Positions 18,191 to 26,694 of a stretch of DNA of 64,000 nt are shown in pieces. Both the position numbers and the translations under genes were made by a program. The first letter of the stretch is position 1. Each line of letters opens with the position of its first letter. The DNA is from Candidatus Moraniibacteriota bacterium (GTDB lineage: Bacteria; Patescibacteriota; Minisyncoccia; Moranbacterales; UBA1568). The notes under the pieces are model-generated. The model saw only the letters and a program-made list of their open reading frames with translations, made no database searches and was not told the DNA's origin. Location: the NCBI GenBank assembly GCA_018061645.1, contig JAGOTT010000001.1, forward strand, positions 65,090-129,089, written 5' to 3'.

Positions 18191-18910
18191 TCAGACACGA
18201 TGTCTGGCGGGGTCATTTTTTTTGAGAAGGTACGCCAGCTCCTCCTCGCGTTCGGGGTGGAAGATGTATTCGACGGAGACCCCGTCCGGAAGCGATTCCA
18301 TGTGTCGCCCGATATCCAGACCCGGGAGCCAATCCGCGCTTATGAGGTAGTCCGACGTGTCGAGTCCGGAGACACGGAATGCCTTCCGATTCAGGAACCG
18401 GAGTCTATCAAGCACGATCGGAACCGGACGGAGTATGCCTGATCGGTGACGACCGAAGCGGACATGTCCGATGCCGTATTTTTTCGCGAGACCGACGAGA
18501 ATGGTAAAATAGGAGGGGAAGAAGTGCACGTGCTCGTGGGAGTTGAGCCCGTCGGGAAGACGGCCGAACTGTTTTTGAAACGCGAGGATCTGCTCCTCCC
18601 ATGTCGCGCGAACCGACTTCGGTGACAGCTCTCCCGTGATGTGTCCGGCAAGGAACGTCGTGATCCTTCCGAAAAAACTTCCGCGAAGTTCCCTCGAGTC
18701 CGGAATGACCGGATTCCGATCCAGATGGATATCGATTTTTACTCCGGAGTTCAAAAGGAAAGAGACATCGTTCGGTGTGACCGACCCGTGCGGCATGACG
18801 GCGACCCGGTCGACGGCACCCGCCTGGATGAGGGTGCGTGCGGCTTCGTTCATCTTCTCGCTTATCCCGAAATCGTCGATGGTGATGATGCAGTTTCTCA
18901 TATCTTCCAC
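18191..18910 (-). CDS. YdjC/ChbG/HpnK-family carbohydrate deacetylase-like protein
   Basis: N-terminal IITIDDFGISEKMNEAARTLIQAGAVDRVAVMP typical of YdjC family. Confidence 0.7.
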   Translation of the reverse strand: MEDMRNCIITIDDFGISEKMNEAARTLIQAGAVDRVAVMPHGSVTPNDVSFLLNSGVKIDIHLDRNPVIPDSRELRGSFFGRITTFLAGHITGELSPKSVRATWEEQILAFQKQFGRLPDGLNSHEHVHFFPSYFTILVGLAKKYGIGHVRFGRHRSGILRPVPIVLDRLRFLNRKAFRVSGLDTSDYLISADWLPGLDIGRHMESLPDGVSVEYIFHPEREEELAYLLKKNDPARHRV

Positions 18911-18995
18911 TCTATCATATTTATGCTTATTCTCGCTATTTTCGTTGTTATAGGGGCGGGAATGTGGTAGAAAGGAAGAGAAATAAAGGAATCAG

Positions 18996-19727
18996 ATGGA
19001 CACGAGGACAATCTCCGTGGTCGTTCCCTGTTTCAACGAAGGGAAACGGGTATATCGGAATATCGCGAAAATTCGAGAGTTTCTCTCGAAGCGTTTTTCG
19101 TCGTTTCAGATCATCGCGGTGAACGACGGGAGCACCGACGACACGCTCACCGAGCTTGCCCGGGCGGAGCGGGATTTTTCCATCACCGTCATCGACCGGA
19201 AGCGAAACGGAGGCAAGGGAAAGGCGGTGCGTGCCGGGGTGCTGCGAGCGACCGGGGATGTCGTCATGTTTCTCGACGCGGATCTCGGCATACCGATAGG
19301 GAGCCTGGATGAATTCCTTCCCGAGCTCGACAAGGGGGCGGATATCGTCATCGCGTCGCGGATGGTCCCGGGGCTGCGCGTCGCGCGACCGGTCCGCGTG
19401 CACCGTCGATTCATGGAACGGATTTTCCGCCTCCTCCGTATCGCGATCATCGGCAACCCGAAGATACGCGATACCCAGTGCGGGTTCAAGGTCTTCACGA
19501 GGGAAGCCGCGGCGGATATCTTTCCACTACTCACCATCGACCGTTTCGCTTTCGATGCCGAGATCGTCTTCATCGCGGGGATGCTTGGGTACCGCGTGCG
19601 GGAGATGCCGATCGTCCTCCAGAATCCGGTCCGGACGAGCGTCCGGATCTTCCTGGACCCGATCAACATGATCGCCGACCTCTTCCGTATCCGTTGGAAC
19701 GGACTGACCGGAAAATACCGGAGATAG
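18996..19727 (+). CDS. GT2 polyprenol-phosphate glycosyltransferase (DPM1/dolichyl-phosphate glucosyltransferase-like)
   Basis: ISVVVPCFNEGKRV, AVNDGSTDDT, FLDADLGIP, IVIASR; 243 aa soluble-type; last 12 codons lie in 40-bp direct repeat. Confidence 0.8.
   Translation: MDTRTISVVVPCFNEGKRVYRNIAKIREFLSKRFSSFQIIAVNDGSTDDTLTELARAERDFSITVIDRKRNGGKGKAVRAGVLRATGDVVMFLDADLGIPIGSLDEFLPELDKGADIVIASRMVPGLRVARPVRVHRRFMERIFRLLRIAIIGNPKIRDTQCGFKVFTREAAADIFPLLTIDRFAFDAEIVFIAGMLGYRVREMPIVLQNPVRTSVRIFLDPINMIADLFRIRWNGLTGKYRR
19683..19722. repeat. 40-bp direct repeat copy 1 (left boundary of AbiE island)
   Basis: ttccgtatccgttggaacggactgaccggaaaataccgga, identical to 21394-21433; followed by ttacgtaa palindrome. 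Confidence 0.85.
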
Positions 19728-20015
19728 TTACGTAAGTGTACTTAAAACAGAGAAGCCCCCAAAGAGTTTTAAGTATGAAGAAGATATGCCAAGAGCGTTA
19801 TGCTGCCACACCTCGAGCGGAAGGATGAATATGCCGTCGTAGAGCAATTTTCCTTATTATGCATTGGCAGTCAATGCAGTAAACCACTAAGCAAAGCAAA
19901 AGAACTTCACGCGGGATTATTTTGAGTTTAGCCTTATGAATCGCTTTACAAAATTGGGTTTTTATTATAAAATAGTGTACAGTAGTAAGTTTAAAGCTAA
20001 CAACCAGTAACTATT

Positions 20016-20612
20016 ATGGATAAAAAGCCAAAAAAAGGTGAATACATAGAGATCATATTACGATCTCAAAAAACGGTCTTCTCTACGAAAGACATTGCTT
20101 TGTTGTGGGGTGAAAGAGTGAACGTCTCTGTTCGTGTGAGACTTTCTGATTATGTGAAAAATAAAAAGTTGATCAGAGTTCGTCAGGGTATTTACGTCAA
20201 AGATAACAATTATGATCGACAGGAATTAGCGACTCGAATTTATACCCCGGCATATATCAGCTTTGAAACCATATTGACTCGAACAGGAATAAACTTTCAA
20301 TATTACGGAAACATTTTTGTTGCTTCCTATGTCACCAGAGAGATTGAAATTGATGGACAAAAAATAAATTTCGTGAGAATGAAGGATTATGTGTTGAGCA
20401 ATACGATCGGAATTGAAGAGCAGGACAACGTAGCCAGAGCGACCAAGGAACGCGCATTTCTTGATAGGGTATATATCAGCAAAGATTATCACTTCGACCA
20501 CTTGAATGTTCTGGATTGGGACAAGGTTTTTGAAATTTTGCCAATCTATCGTAACGAAAAAATGAACAAGAAAGTGGAGGAGTATTACCAATCATACAAA
20601 GAAACACTATGA
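20016..20612 (+). CDS. AbiEi-like antitoxin/transcriptional regulator (type IV TA, abortive infection)
   Basis: 198 aa; translationally coupled (ATGA overlap) to DUF1814 nucleotidyltransferase; AbiEi_4-like composition. Confidence 0.55.
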   Translation: MDKKPKKGEYIEIILRSQKTVFSTKDIALLWGERVNVSVRVRLSDYVKNKKLIRVRQGIYVKDNNYDRQELATRIYTPAYISFETILTRTGINFQYYGNIFVASYVTREIEIDGQKINFVRMKDYVLSNTIGIEEQDNVARATKERAFLDRVYISKDYHFDHLNVLDWDKVFEILPIYRNEKMNKKVEEYYQSYKETL

Positions 20613-21304
20613 CCATTGATTATCCAAAACACAGAAATATCCTCCTACAGATATTGAAAGATATTTTTTCCGACACATCTATAGCCCCATTCTTAGGATT
20701 CAAGGGTGGTACAGCTGCTTTGATGTTCTATGATCTGGATCGCGATTCTGTCGATATCGATCTCGACTTATTAGACGAAAGCAAGGAGCAAGAGGTGTTT
20801 GAAAAGATTCAAAAGATAGTTGCTCGTTACGGCAAGATGATTGATTCAAAAATGAAACGATTCAATCTTGTGGTTGTCATATCGTATGCGGAGAAATCTC
20901 AGAATATCAAGGTTGAAGTAAGCCGTCGGAATTTTGGTTCAAAATACGAGTCAAAAACACTTTTGGGCATCCCGATGCTCGTCATGGTTCAGGAAGATAT
21001 GTTTGCCAATAAATTGATGGCAATGTATGAACGGATTGGCAAGACGAGTCGAGACGTGTATGATGTGTATTTTTTTGCGAAAAATCGTTGGTCAATAAAC
21101 AAGACATTGGTTGAGAATCGAGCTAATATTCCGTATAAAGAGCTATTGACAAAGTGTATCCAGCTATTGGAAAAAATGGATAATCGTCATATTCTCGATG
21201 GTCTCGGCGAAATGCTTTCCGAACCAAAGAAAGATTGGGCTCGAGCAAAACTTCGGACAGATACTATTTTTCTCTTGGAAGTATTGAGAAGTTTCGAAGA
21301 ATAA
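20609..21304 (+). CDS. AbiEii/AbiGii-family nucleotidyltransferase toxin (DUF1814)
   Basis: 231 aa; motif GFKGGTAALMF and DIDLD typical of DUF1814 NTases. Confidence 0.65.
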   Translation: MTIDYPKHRNILLQILKDIFSDTSIAPFLGFKGGTAALMFYDLDRDSVDIDLDLLDESKEQEVFEKIQKIVARYGKMIDSKMKRFNLVVVISYAEKSQNIKVEVSRRNFGSKYESKTLLGIPMLVMVQEDMFANKLMAMYERIGKTSRDVYDVYFFAKNRWSINKTLVENRANIPYKELLTKCIQLLEKMDNRHILDGLGEMLSEPKKDWARAKLRTDTIFLLEVLRSFEE

Positions 21305-21393
21305 AAAGAAAGAGAACCATCGTTTTATCGGTCGATGCCCTCTTTCGGATACTGCGTTGATAGTATATGCCATCCCATAAAAAACAAAAACCA

Positions 21394-21433
21394 TTCCGTA
21401 TCCGTTGGAACGGACTGACCGGAAAATACCGGA
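21394..21433. repeat. 40-bp direct repeat copy 2 (right boundary of AbiE island)
   Basis: identical to 19683-19722. Confidence 0.85.
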
Positions 21434-21477
21434 AGGAGGTTACGTAACCGGTTACGTAATAACCAGCGATACCACCT

Positions 21478-22656
21478 ATGAAACGATTGATGGACACGGC
21501 GCGGCGGGTCGCGCGCGAACTTCGGAAAAACGATCTCCGGGATTTTACCCGGAAAGCCTGGTTCTATTCGTTCGGGAAGGGAAGAATGCTCTGGGCGCTC
21601 GATCCGGATGATTGGAAACGAAAGAAAGCGAAGGCAGCAGTATATTTTTCGAAGTATCCGGTCGGGAATGGAGGCGAACGACCGAATATCGTCTTCATCG
21701 TTCCGGGAACGTGGATTTCCGGCGGTATCGCGGTCATATTGCGGCATGCCAACCTGCTAAAGACACGCGGATATGACGTGACTATCGTCACCCAGGATCT
21801 CAAGGCTTCTTTTCCGTGGTATGCGGGACAGGATGTTCCGGTCGTGCCGATCGACCGGGTATGGGCGCTTCTTGGGAAAGGGATTGATATCCTCGTTGCG
21901 ACCGGGTGGAACTCCGCTCCGACCGTCGATCTGCTCCCGGCGAAACGGAAGATTTATTTCGTCCAGCTCGACGAGCGCCGCTTCTACGACGACGAAGCGA
22001 CGAAGAATTTCGTCGGGGAAACCTATCGGCTTTCTTTCGAATATGTCGTCATGGCGCGGTGGATGCAAGAGTGGCTCCGGGACGAATTCGGTCATGAGGC
22101 GGCCTATGTTCCGAACGGCCTCGATACGGACCGGTTCCGACCGACGGATCCCGTCGAGCCGAAAGATGTCCGCCCGCGCGTCCTGATCGAGGGGCCGATC
22201 GATATCCCGTTCAAGGGGGTTGCGGACGCGTACGAAGCGGTGAAGGATCTCGACTGCGATATCTGGATGGTGAGTAGTCGCGGGACACCTCCGCAGGAGT
22301 GGCGGTGTGAACGGTTTTTTGAAAGCGTACCGATCGACGATATGCCGGGCATCTATTCGTCCTGCGACATCCTGCTCAAGATGAGTACGGTGGAGAGCTT
22401 CGCATATCCGCCGCTCGAGATGATGGCCTGTGGCGGTGTCCCGGTCATCCTGCGGGTATCCGGTATCGAGGAATATGCGGAACACGACAGGAACTGTCTG
22501 ATTATTGAAACAAAAGAAGAAGCGCGGGCAGCCGTGGAGAAACTGCTCGACGATGCCGATCTGCGTGGCAGGCTTTCCGAAAACGGACTGAAAACTGCGA
22601 AAGAGTGGTCGTGGGACCGATCCGCCGAAGCGATGCGAAAGGTCATAGCCGGATGA
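21478..22656 (+). CDS. Glycosyltransferase (GT4-like)
   Basis: 392 aa; C-terminal ESFAYPPLEMMACGGVPV resembles GT1/GT4 E-x7-E region; RBS aggagg near possible internal start. Confidence 0.65.
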   Translation: MKRLMDTARRVARELRKNDLRDFTRKAWFYSFGKGRMLWALDPDDWKRKKAKAAVYFSKYPVGNGGERPNIVFIVPGTWISGGIAVILRHANLLKTRGYDVTIVTQDLKASFPWYAGQDVPVVPIDRVWALLGKGIDILVATGWNSAPTVDLLPAKRKIYFVQLDERRFYDDEATKNFVGETYRLSFEYVVMARWMQEWLRDEFGHEAAYVPNGLDTDRFRPTDPVEPKDVRPRVLIEGPIDIPFKGVADAYEAVKDLDCDIWMVSSRGTPPQEWRCERFFESVPIDDMPGIYSSCDILLKMSTVESFAYPPLEMMACGGVPVILRVSGIEEYAEHDRNCLIIETKEEARAAVEKLLDDADLRGRLSENGLKTAKEWSWDRSAEAMRKVIAG

Positions 22657-23341
22657 TCCGGATGCCGAGGGCGATACTGCCGACGACGAGGATGGTGAAG
22701 AGCGCCGCTATCGGCCACCCCTTGAGAAACCCGGGTTTGTATTGTGAGAGCCGGTCGAGAAGCGTACCGAGGTCGGCGCGGAGCGATCCTTCGGTATACG
22801 CGGGGCGGAGGAAGAGAGAGTGGCTCTCGTACGTCTTTCCTTTGTTGCTGTCGACGAGTGTCCGATCGGAAAATGCCGGATCCGGAGCGTCCGTCGCGGA
22901 AAGATACGGTTTGCCGCCCTTGCGGTTCTCATCGGAAAAATACGTCGCGACGAAACAGTATCGCTTTCCCATGGAATCCGATATGGACTCGAAGGGGAAT
23001 ACCGTGTACGCACCCTGTTTCCCTGGTTCTCCGGAGAAGCTGATGGAAGCGATTTCCGTATCGCATGCCTCGTCTTTGAGCTGGAATCCGATATGCTCCC
23101 CGCGGCGGATACTCGCGTTCCCGAGGACGACGCGGACCTGATGGAGACCGTTTTCGTGCGCGGTGAAGGTCTGCGAGACCGGCATCCCGGGAGAGAGGGT
23201 CACCTTCTTGGTTTTCCCGAGGAAATTGTATCCGGATTCGCCGATGCCGAAATCAGAAAGGAACGTCCAAAAAATCCCGACAATCCCGAGGAGGAATATC
23301 GTGGTAAGAAGGAGTTTTGATTTTGATGCCGGATGATTCAT
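22643..23341 (-). CDS. Membrane-anchored hypothetical protein (N- and C-terminal TM segments)
   Basis: 232 aa; convergent 14-bp overlap with preceding GT gene. Confidence 0.45.
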   Translation of the reverse strand: MNHPASKSKLLLTTIFLLGIVGIFWTFLSDFGIGESGYNFLGKTKKVTLSPGMPVSQTFTAHENGLHQVRVVLGNASIRRGEHIGFQLKDEACDTEIASISFSGEPGKQGAYTVFPFESISDSMGKRYCFVATYFSDENRKGGKPYLSATDAPDPAFSDRTLVDSNKGKTYESHSLFLRPAYTEGSLRADLGTLLDRLSQYKPGFLKGWPIAALFTILVVGSIALGIRIIRL

Positions 23342-23494
23342 GACCTCGAAAATGGGTTGGAAACAAGTGAATTATGACATACTACCGAGAAAGCGGGAAT
23401 ATCAGATCGGAGGTCGATTTCTGGGTGTTGACAGTGGTATTTTCAAGTAGTATCATGCTTATTGGGAATAACTACATATTTATTTCAAATAAGT

Positions 23495-24799
23495 ATGAAT
23501 AAATCTGAAATACTTGAGGTCCTGAAAGACTGGAATCTCTGGGAGAAACCATTGGAAGAGGGCATCTCGCGCCCGGAATACGTCGGGAAAATGCGCGAAC
23601 AGATAGCATCCGGACAGGTGCTTATCGTGACTGGCGCCAGAAGGAGTGGGAAGTCGTTTCTTATGCGACAGCTCGCGTCTTCGCTTTGCAGTGATGGTCT
23701 TAAGAAGAATCAGATACTCTTCGTGAATTTCGAGGATCCGCGCTGGATAGGCGCGGACGCGGTGTTGCTTGATGAGATATTCCATGTGTATCTGGAATTC
23801 GTTCGCCCCGAAGGAAAACCATATCTTTTTTTGGATGAGATTCAGGAGGTCGAGGGATGGGAAAAGTGGGTTCGTTCCATACATGAGCTCGGCAAGGCAA
23901 CGATCGTTCTTTCCGGATCGAACGCGAAGCTCTTGAGCCGCGAACTCGGGACGGTTCTCACCGGAAGACATGTGGATGTGACGGTATATCCACTTTCGTT
24001 TTCCGAATTCCTTTCCTTCAAGGGCATGGATGCTTCATCTGATCGGCTTGGCGGATATATGCGCGAATATGTCGAGCGAGGGGCTTTCCCGGCGCTGGTC
24101 GTTTCCGGAACGAGCGTTTCGGAATGGCTGTTGTCGTATTATGACGATCTTCTTGAAAAGGATCTTATCAGGCGATTCAAGGTTCGGAAGACCGAAGAGC
24201 TGAAATCGCTCCTCCGGTTTTACATGAGCAATATAGCGAAACCGACGACTTTCCACTCCGCTGGAAAATTTTTGGGCATATCTTCCGATACGACGGAAAA
24301 ATTCATGATTTATTTCGAACAATCGTATCTTCTGTTTCCGCTCCGGCGATTTTCTTCCGGGTTCAAGGGACAGCAGAAAAGCCCGCGGAAAATATACGCC
24401 GTGGATACGGCGCTTGCCCGTGTTAGCGGATTCCGCTCCGGAGAAGATTTCGGAAGAATGGCGGAAAACATAGTTTATCTCGAGCTTCTTCGCGGAAGGA
24501 TGCGATATCCGGAACGGGAATATTTCTACTGGAAAGACGAGCGGGCGGGACGTGATGGGGGCGAAGTCGATTTCGTGGTGAAAAGCGGTGCGGATATCGC
24601 GGAGATCATGCAAGTATGTATGGGGGATTTTCGGGGAGATGTACGGCGGCGCGAACTTCGAGCGATAAAAAAGGCTGCGGAACGGCTTCATCCGAAAAAG
24701 TGCACGGTCATCACCGAAGAATATTCCGGCACGGAGGAGTTCCCGTATGGCGAGGTTGAATTCGTTCCGCTTGAGAAATGGCTCGTCCGATCGAAGTGA
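23495..24799 (+). CDS. AAA family ATPase with DUF4143 C-terminal domain (AAA_14-like)
   Basis: Walker A VTGARRSGKSFLMRQL; Walker B LFLDEIQ; typical architecture of PF13173+PF13635 ATP-binding proteins. Confidence 0.75.
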   Translation: MNKSEILEVLKDWNLWEKPLEEGISRPEYVGKMREQIASGQVLIVTGARRSGKSFLMRQLASSLCSDGLKKNQILFVNFEDPRWIGADAVLLDEIFHVYLEFVRPEGKPYLFLDEIQEVEGWEKWVRSIHELGKATIVLSGSNAKLLSRELGTVLTGRHVDVTVYPLSFSEFLSFKGMDASSDRLGGYMREYVERGAFPALVVSGTSVSEWLLSYYDDLLEKDLIRRFKVRKTEELKSLLRFYMSNIAKPTTFHSAGKFLGISSDTTEKFMIYFEQSYLLFPLRRFSSGFKGQQKSPRKIYAVDTALARVSGFRSGEDFGRMAENIVYLELLRGRMRYPEREYFYWKDERAGRDGGEVDFVVKSGADIAEIMQVCMGDFRGDVRRRELRAIKKAAERLHPKKCTVITEEYSGTEEFPYGEVEFVPLEKWLVRSK

Positions 24800-24858
24800 T
24801 CCCAAGGACCGTCAGGTCTCTCCAAGGGTAAACAGGTATATTGTGCCGATGCCGTGCG

Positions 24859-24890
24859 CCTGTTAGCTGTTCCTTGTTGATTGTTTCCTG
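24859..24890. repeat. Family-2 repeat copy (cctgttagctgttccttgttgattgtttcctg)
   Basis: shares ttgttgattgtt / ctgtt...cctg core with 40272-40314 and 55820-55895. Confidence 0.5.
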
Positions 24891-24891
24891 A

Positions 24892-26655
24892 TTAGAGGTA
24901 GTATCTTGGAATAATCACATTCACGATCGCATAGAGCTGGAGGAGTATCATCGCGAGCGCAAGGATTTTCAAGATCATTTCAAAAGTCTTTTCTCCATCT
25001 GTCATTCTGAGCGTAGCGAAGAATCCCGTTCCTATTTTGTCATTCTGAGCGTAGCGAAGAATCCCGAGATTCCTCGATAGACTCGGAATGACAATACCCC
25101 TTACCCACGAAACCGCAATCCCGACCCCGACGACGACAAGCACCAGATGCCCGATAAGGTTCGGCAGGAAATACCGTCCCGGCTGTCCGATGAGTACCTG
25201 TCCGGTTGCGTCGAATACGCGCCAGTCGTAGAAACGGATGGCGAACTGGAGCGAAATAATCATCCCGAGAAAAAACACGAGATACTTCCGTTCCGGCACC
25301 CGCCCCACTTTGTCATTGCGAGGGAGCACAGCGACCGCGGCAATCCAGTCCATTTTTTTCAAAACAGGCGCCAATAAATACATAAGCACCGCCACAAATC
25401 CGACGATCTCGATCCAATTGATGACCGACAGGATCCACTCCGGAATCGGTGTGTCGAGCCATCCGAAGTTTCCCCAGTACGAAAGTAACGTGTCGCGGAA
25501 TTCTCCCTGACGCATGGTCTTGTCGAGATACTTACCAATCGATTCGAGAGGGGAGTCGAACTTTGATAGAGCGGTCGCATTGGTGATCCCGATAAGATAA
25601 TCCTTCGGCACTGCAAGCAGACCGAACCCGACCAGTGTGATGGTTGTAATTCCGAGATACGCGAAAAACTTTCGCACTTTGTCATTCCGAGCTTCCTTCC
25701 TGTCATCCCGAGCGTAGTCGAGGGATCTCGTATATCGCTGATACGCCCCCCACACAAACAAAGGATACAACGCGGCAACGAGCACGATCCCCGGACCCTT
25801 CGAGAGGAGTCCGAGCACCGCGGCGATGATTGCGATAATCGCCCACTTTGTCATTCCGAGCCCCCCGTCTGTCATTCTGAGCGTAGCGAAGAATCCCGTC
25901 CCTTTGGCGGCATCTCCTTCTTTGTCATTCCGAGCGAGTTTTCGAGTCGAGGAATCTACGCTTCGTAGAAACGAAACCCCCGCATACAGGAACAACGAGA
26001 ACGAGAAAATGAGCGCGACATCGATATTTACCTGCGCTGCGGTGATAGCGAACATCGGCTGAAAAGCGACCAGCGTAGTGAAGAGTAGTGAAGTCTTTTC
26101 CGAAAGCCCGATTTTTCGCACGGTCAGATACATGAGCAGGACCGTCGCCGCACCGAAGGCAACCCCAAGCATTCGCATCGAGAAAATTCTGGTGAAGATG
26201 CTCTCATCGGAGAAGAACCGCTCGAGCCACGACGCGAAAAGGTAATAAACGGATTTCGTGCCGGACGTAGCTGTCGGACTTACGTCGACGTATCGCTTCC
26301 AGTCGTTTTCAGTGATCTGCTTTTCCAGTGATTTATCGGAAAAATTCTGTATATTTTGTCGCTCGAAGGTGAGTTCGTTGAATTTTGCGATAGAAGCGCT
26401 TTGCACCATCTCTTCCGGAAGATTCGATGTCCGGATATCTTTTGCGTCGATGAAGTATTTTCCGCTTTCGTACGCATGTATTTCCCATGTCTTCTCCTTT
26501 GGTTCCGCCCAGTGCTGTGCGGTTCCGTAATGCACCTGCTCATCCGGATTCTGGAACATCGGAATGAGAAAGCTCAAAACGGCGCCTTCAACAGCGAAAA
26601 GCGCGAGCAATGCCGCGAGCCGCATATTTGGAGTGGATATTTGCGGAAGCCTCAT
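24892..26655 (-). CDS. Polytopic GT-C (PMT-like) membrane glycosyltransferase heavily invaded by in-frame palindromic repeats
   Basis: 587 aa; loop-1 motif NPDEQVHYG (PMT FDEVHF-like); contains at least 7 family-1 repeat units all read as ARNDK/GFFATLRMTD peptides. Confidence 0.55.
   Translation of the reverse strand: MRLPQISTPNMRLAALLALFAVEGAVLSFLIPMFQNPDEQVHYGTAQHWAEPKEKTWEIHAYESGKYFIDAKDIRTSNLPEEMVQSASIAKFNELTFERQNIQNFSDKSLEKQITENDWKRYVDVSPTATSGTKSVYYLFASWLERFFSDESIFTRIFSMRMLGVAFGAATVLLMYLTVRKIGLSEKTSLLFTTLVAFQPMFAITAAQVNIDVALIFSFSLFLYAGVSFLRSVDSSTRKLARNDKEGDAAKGTGFFATLRMTDGGLGMTKWAIIAIIAAVLGLLSKGPGIVLVAALYPLFVWGAYQRYTRSLDYARDDRKEARNDKVRKFFAYLGITTITLVGFGLLAVPKDYLIGITNATALSKFDSPLESIGKYLDKTMRQGEFRDTLLSYWGNFGWLDTPIPEWILSVINWIEIVGFVAVLMYLLAPVLKKMDWIAAVAVLPRNDKVGRVPERKYLVFFLGMIISLQFAIRFYDWRVFDATGQVLIGQPGRYFLPNLIGHLVLVVVGVGIAVSWVRGIVIPSLSRNLGILRYAQNDKIGTGFFATLRMTDGEKTFEMILKILALAMILLQLYAIVNVIIPRYYL
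25000..25094. repeat. Family-1 repeats: two tandem units plus inverted partner
   Basis: tgtcattctgagcgtagcgaagaatccc x2 (25000, 25039) then gagattcctcgatagactcggaatgacaa. Confidence 0.85.
25311..25348. repeat. Family-1 repeat unit
   Basis: tgtcattgcgagggagcacagcgaccgcggcaatccag. Confidence 0.75.
25678..25729. repeat. Family-1 repeat, two tandem left-arm units
   Basis: tttgtcattccgagcttccttcctgtcatcccgagcgtagtcgagggatctc. Confidence 0.75.
25846..25955. repeat. Family-1 repeat, three tandem units
   Basis: tgtcattccgagcc.., tgtcattctgagcgtagcgaagaatccc, tgtcattccgagcgagttttcgagtcgaggaatc. Confidence 0.8.
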
Positions 26656-26694
26656 GCCAAGAGTATACTATAAAGGCTAAAAAAAGGCATTTCC

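Larger units (their letters stand above)
19683..21459 (+). mobile_element. Low-GC inserted island carrying AbiEi/AbiEii module, bounded by 40-bp direct repeats and TTACGTAA palindromes
   Basis: GC drops sharply between 19730 and 21400; perfect 40-bp DR duplicating 3' end of GT2 gene; 20-bp palindrome ttacgtaaccggttacgtaa at right end; no integrase in window. Confidence 0.6.

Noticed and set aside
24990-25970. Possible CRISPR array, suggested by many short repeats at close spacing
   Set aside because: Repeats are palindromic units of variable sequence and irregular spacing. They lie inside an intact ORF, some copies are inverted partners, there are no uniform spacers and no cas genes. This is a MITE/RPE-like structure, not CRISPR.
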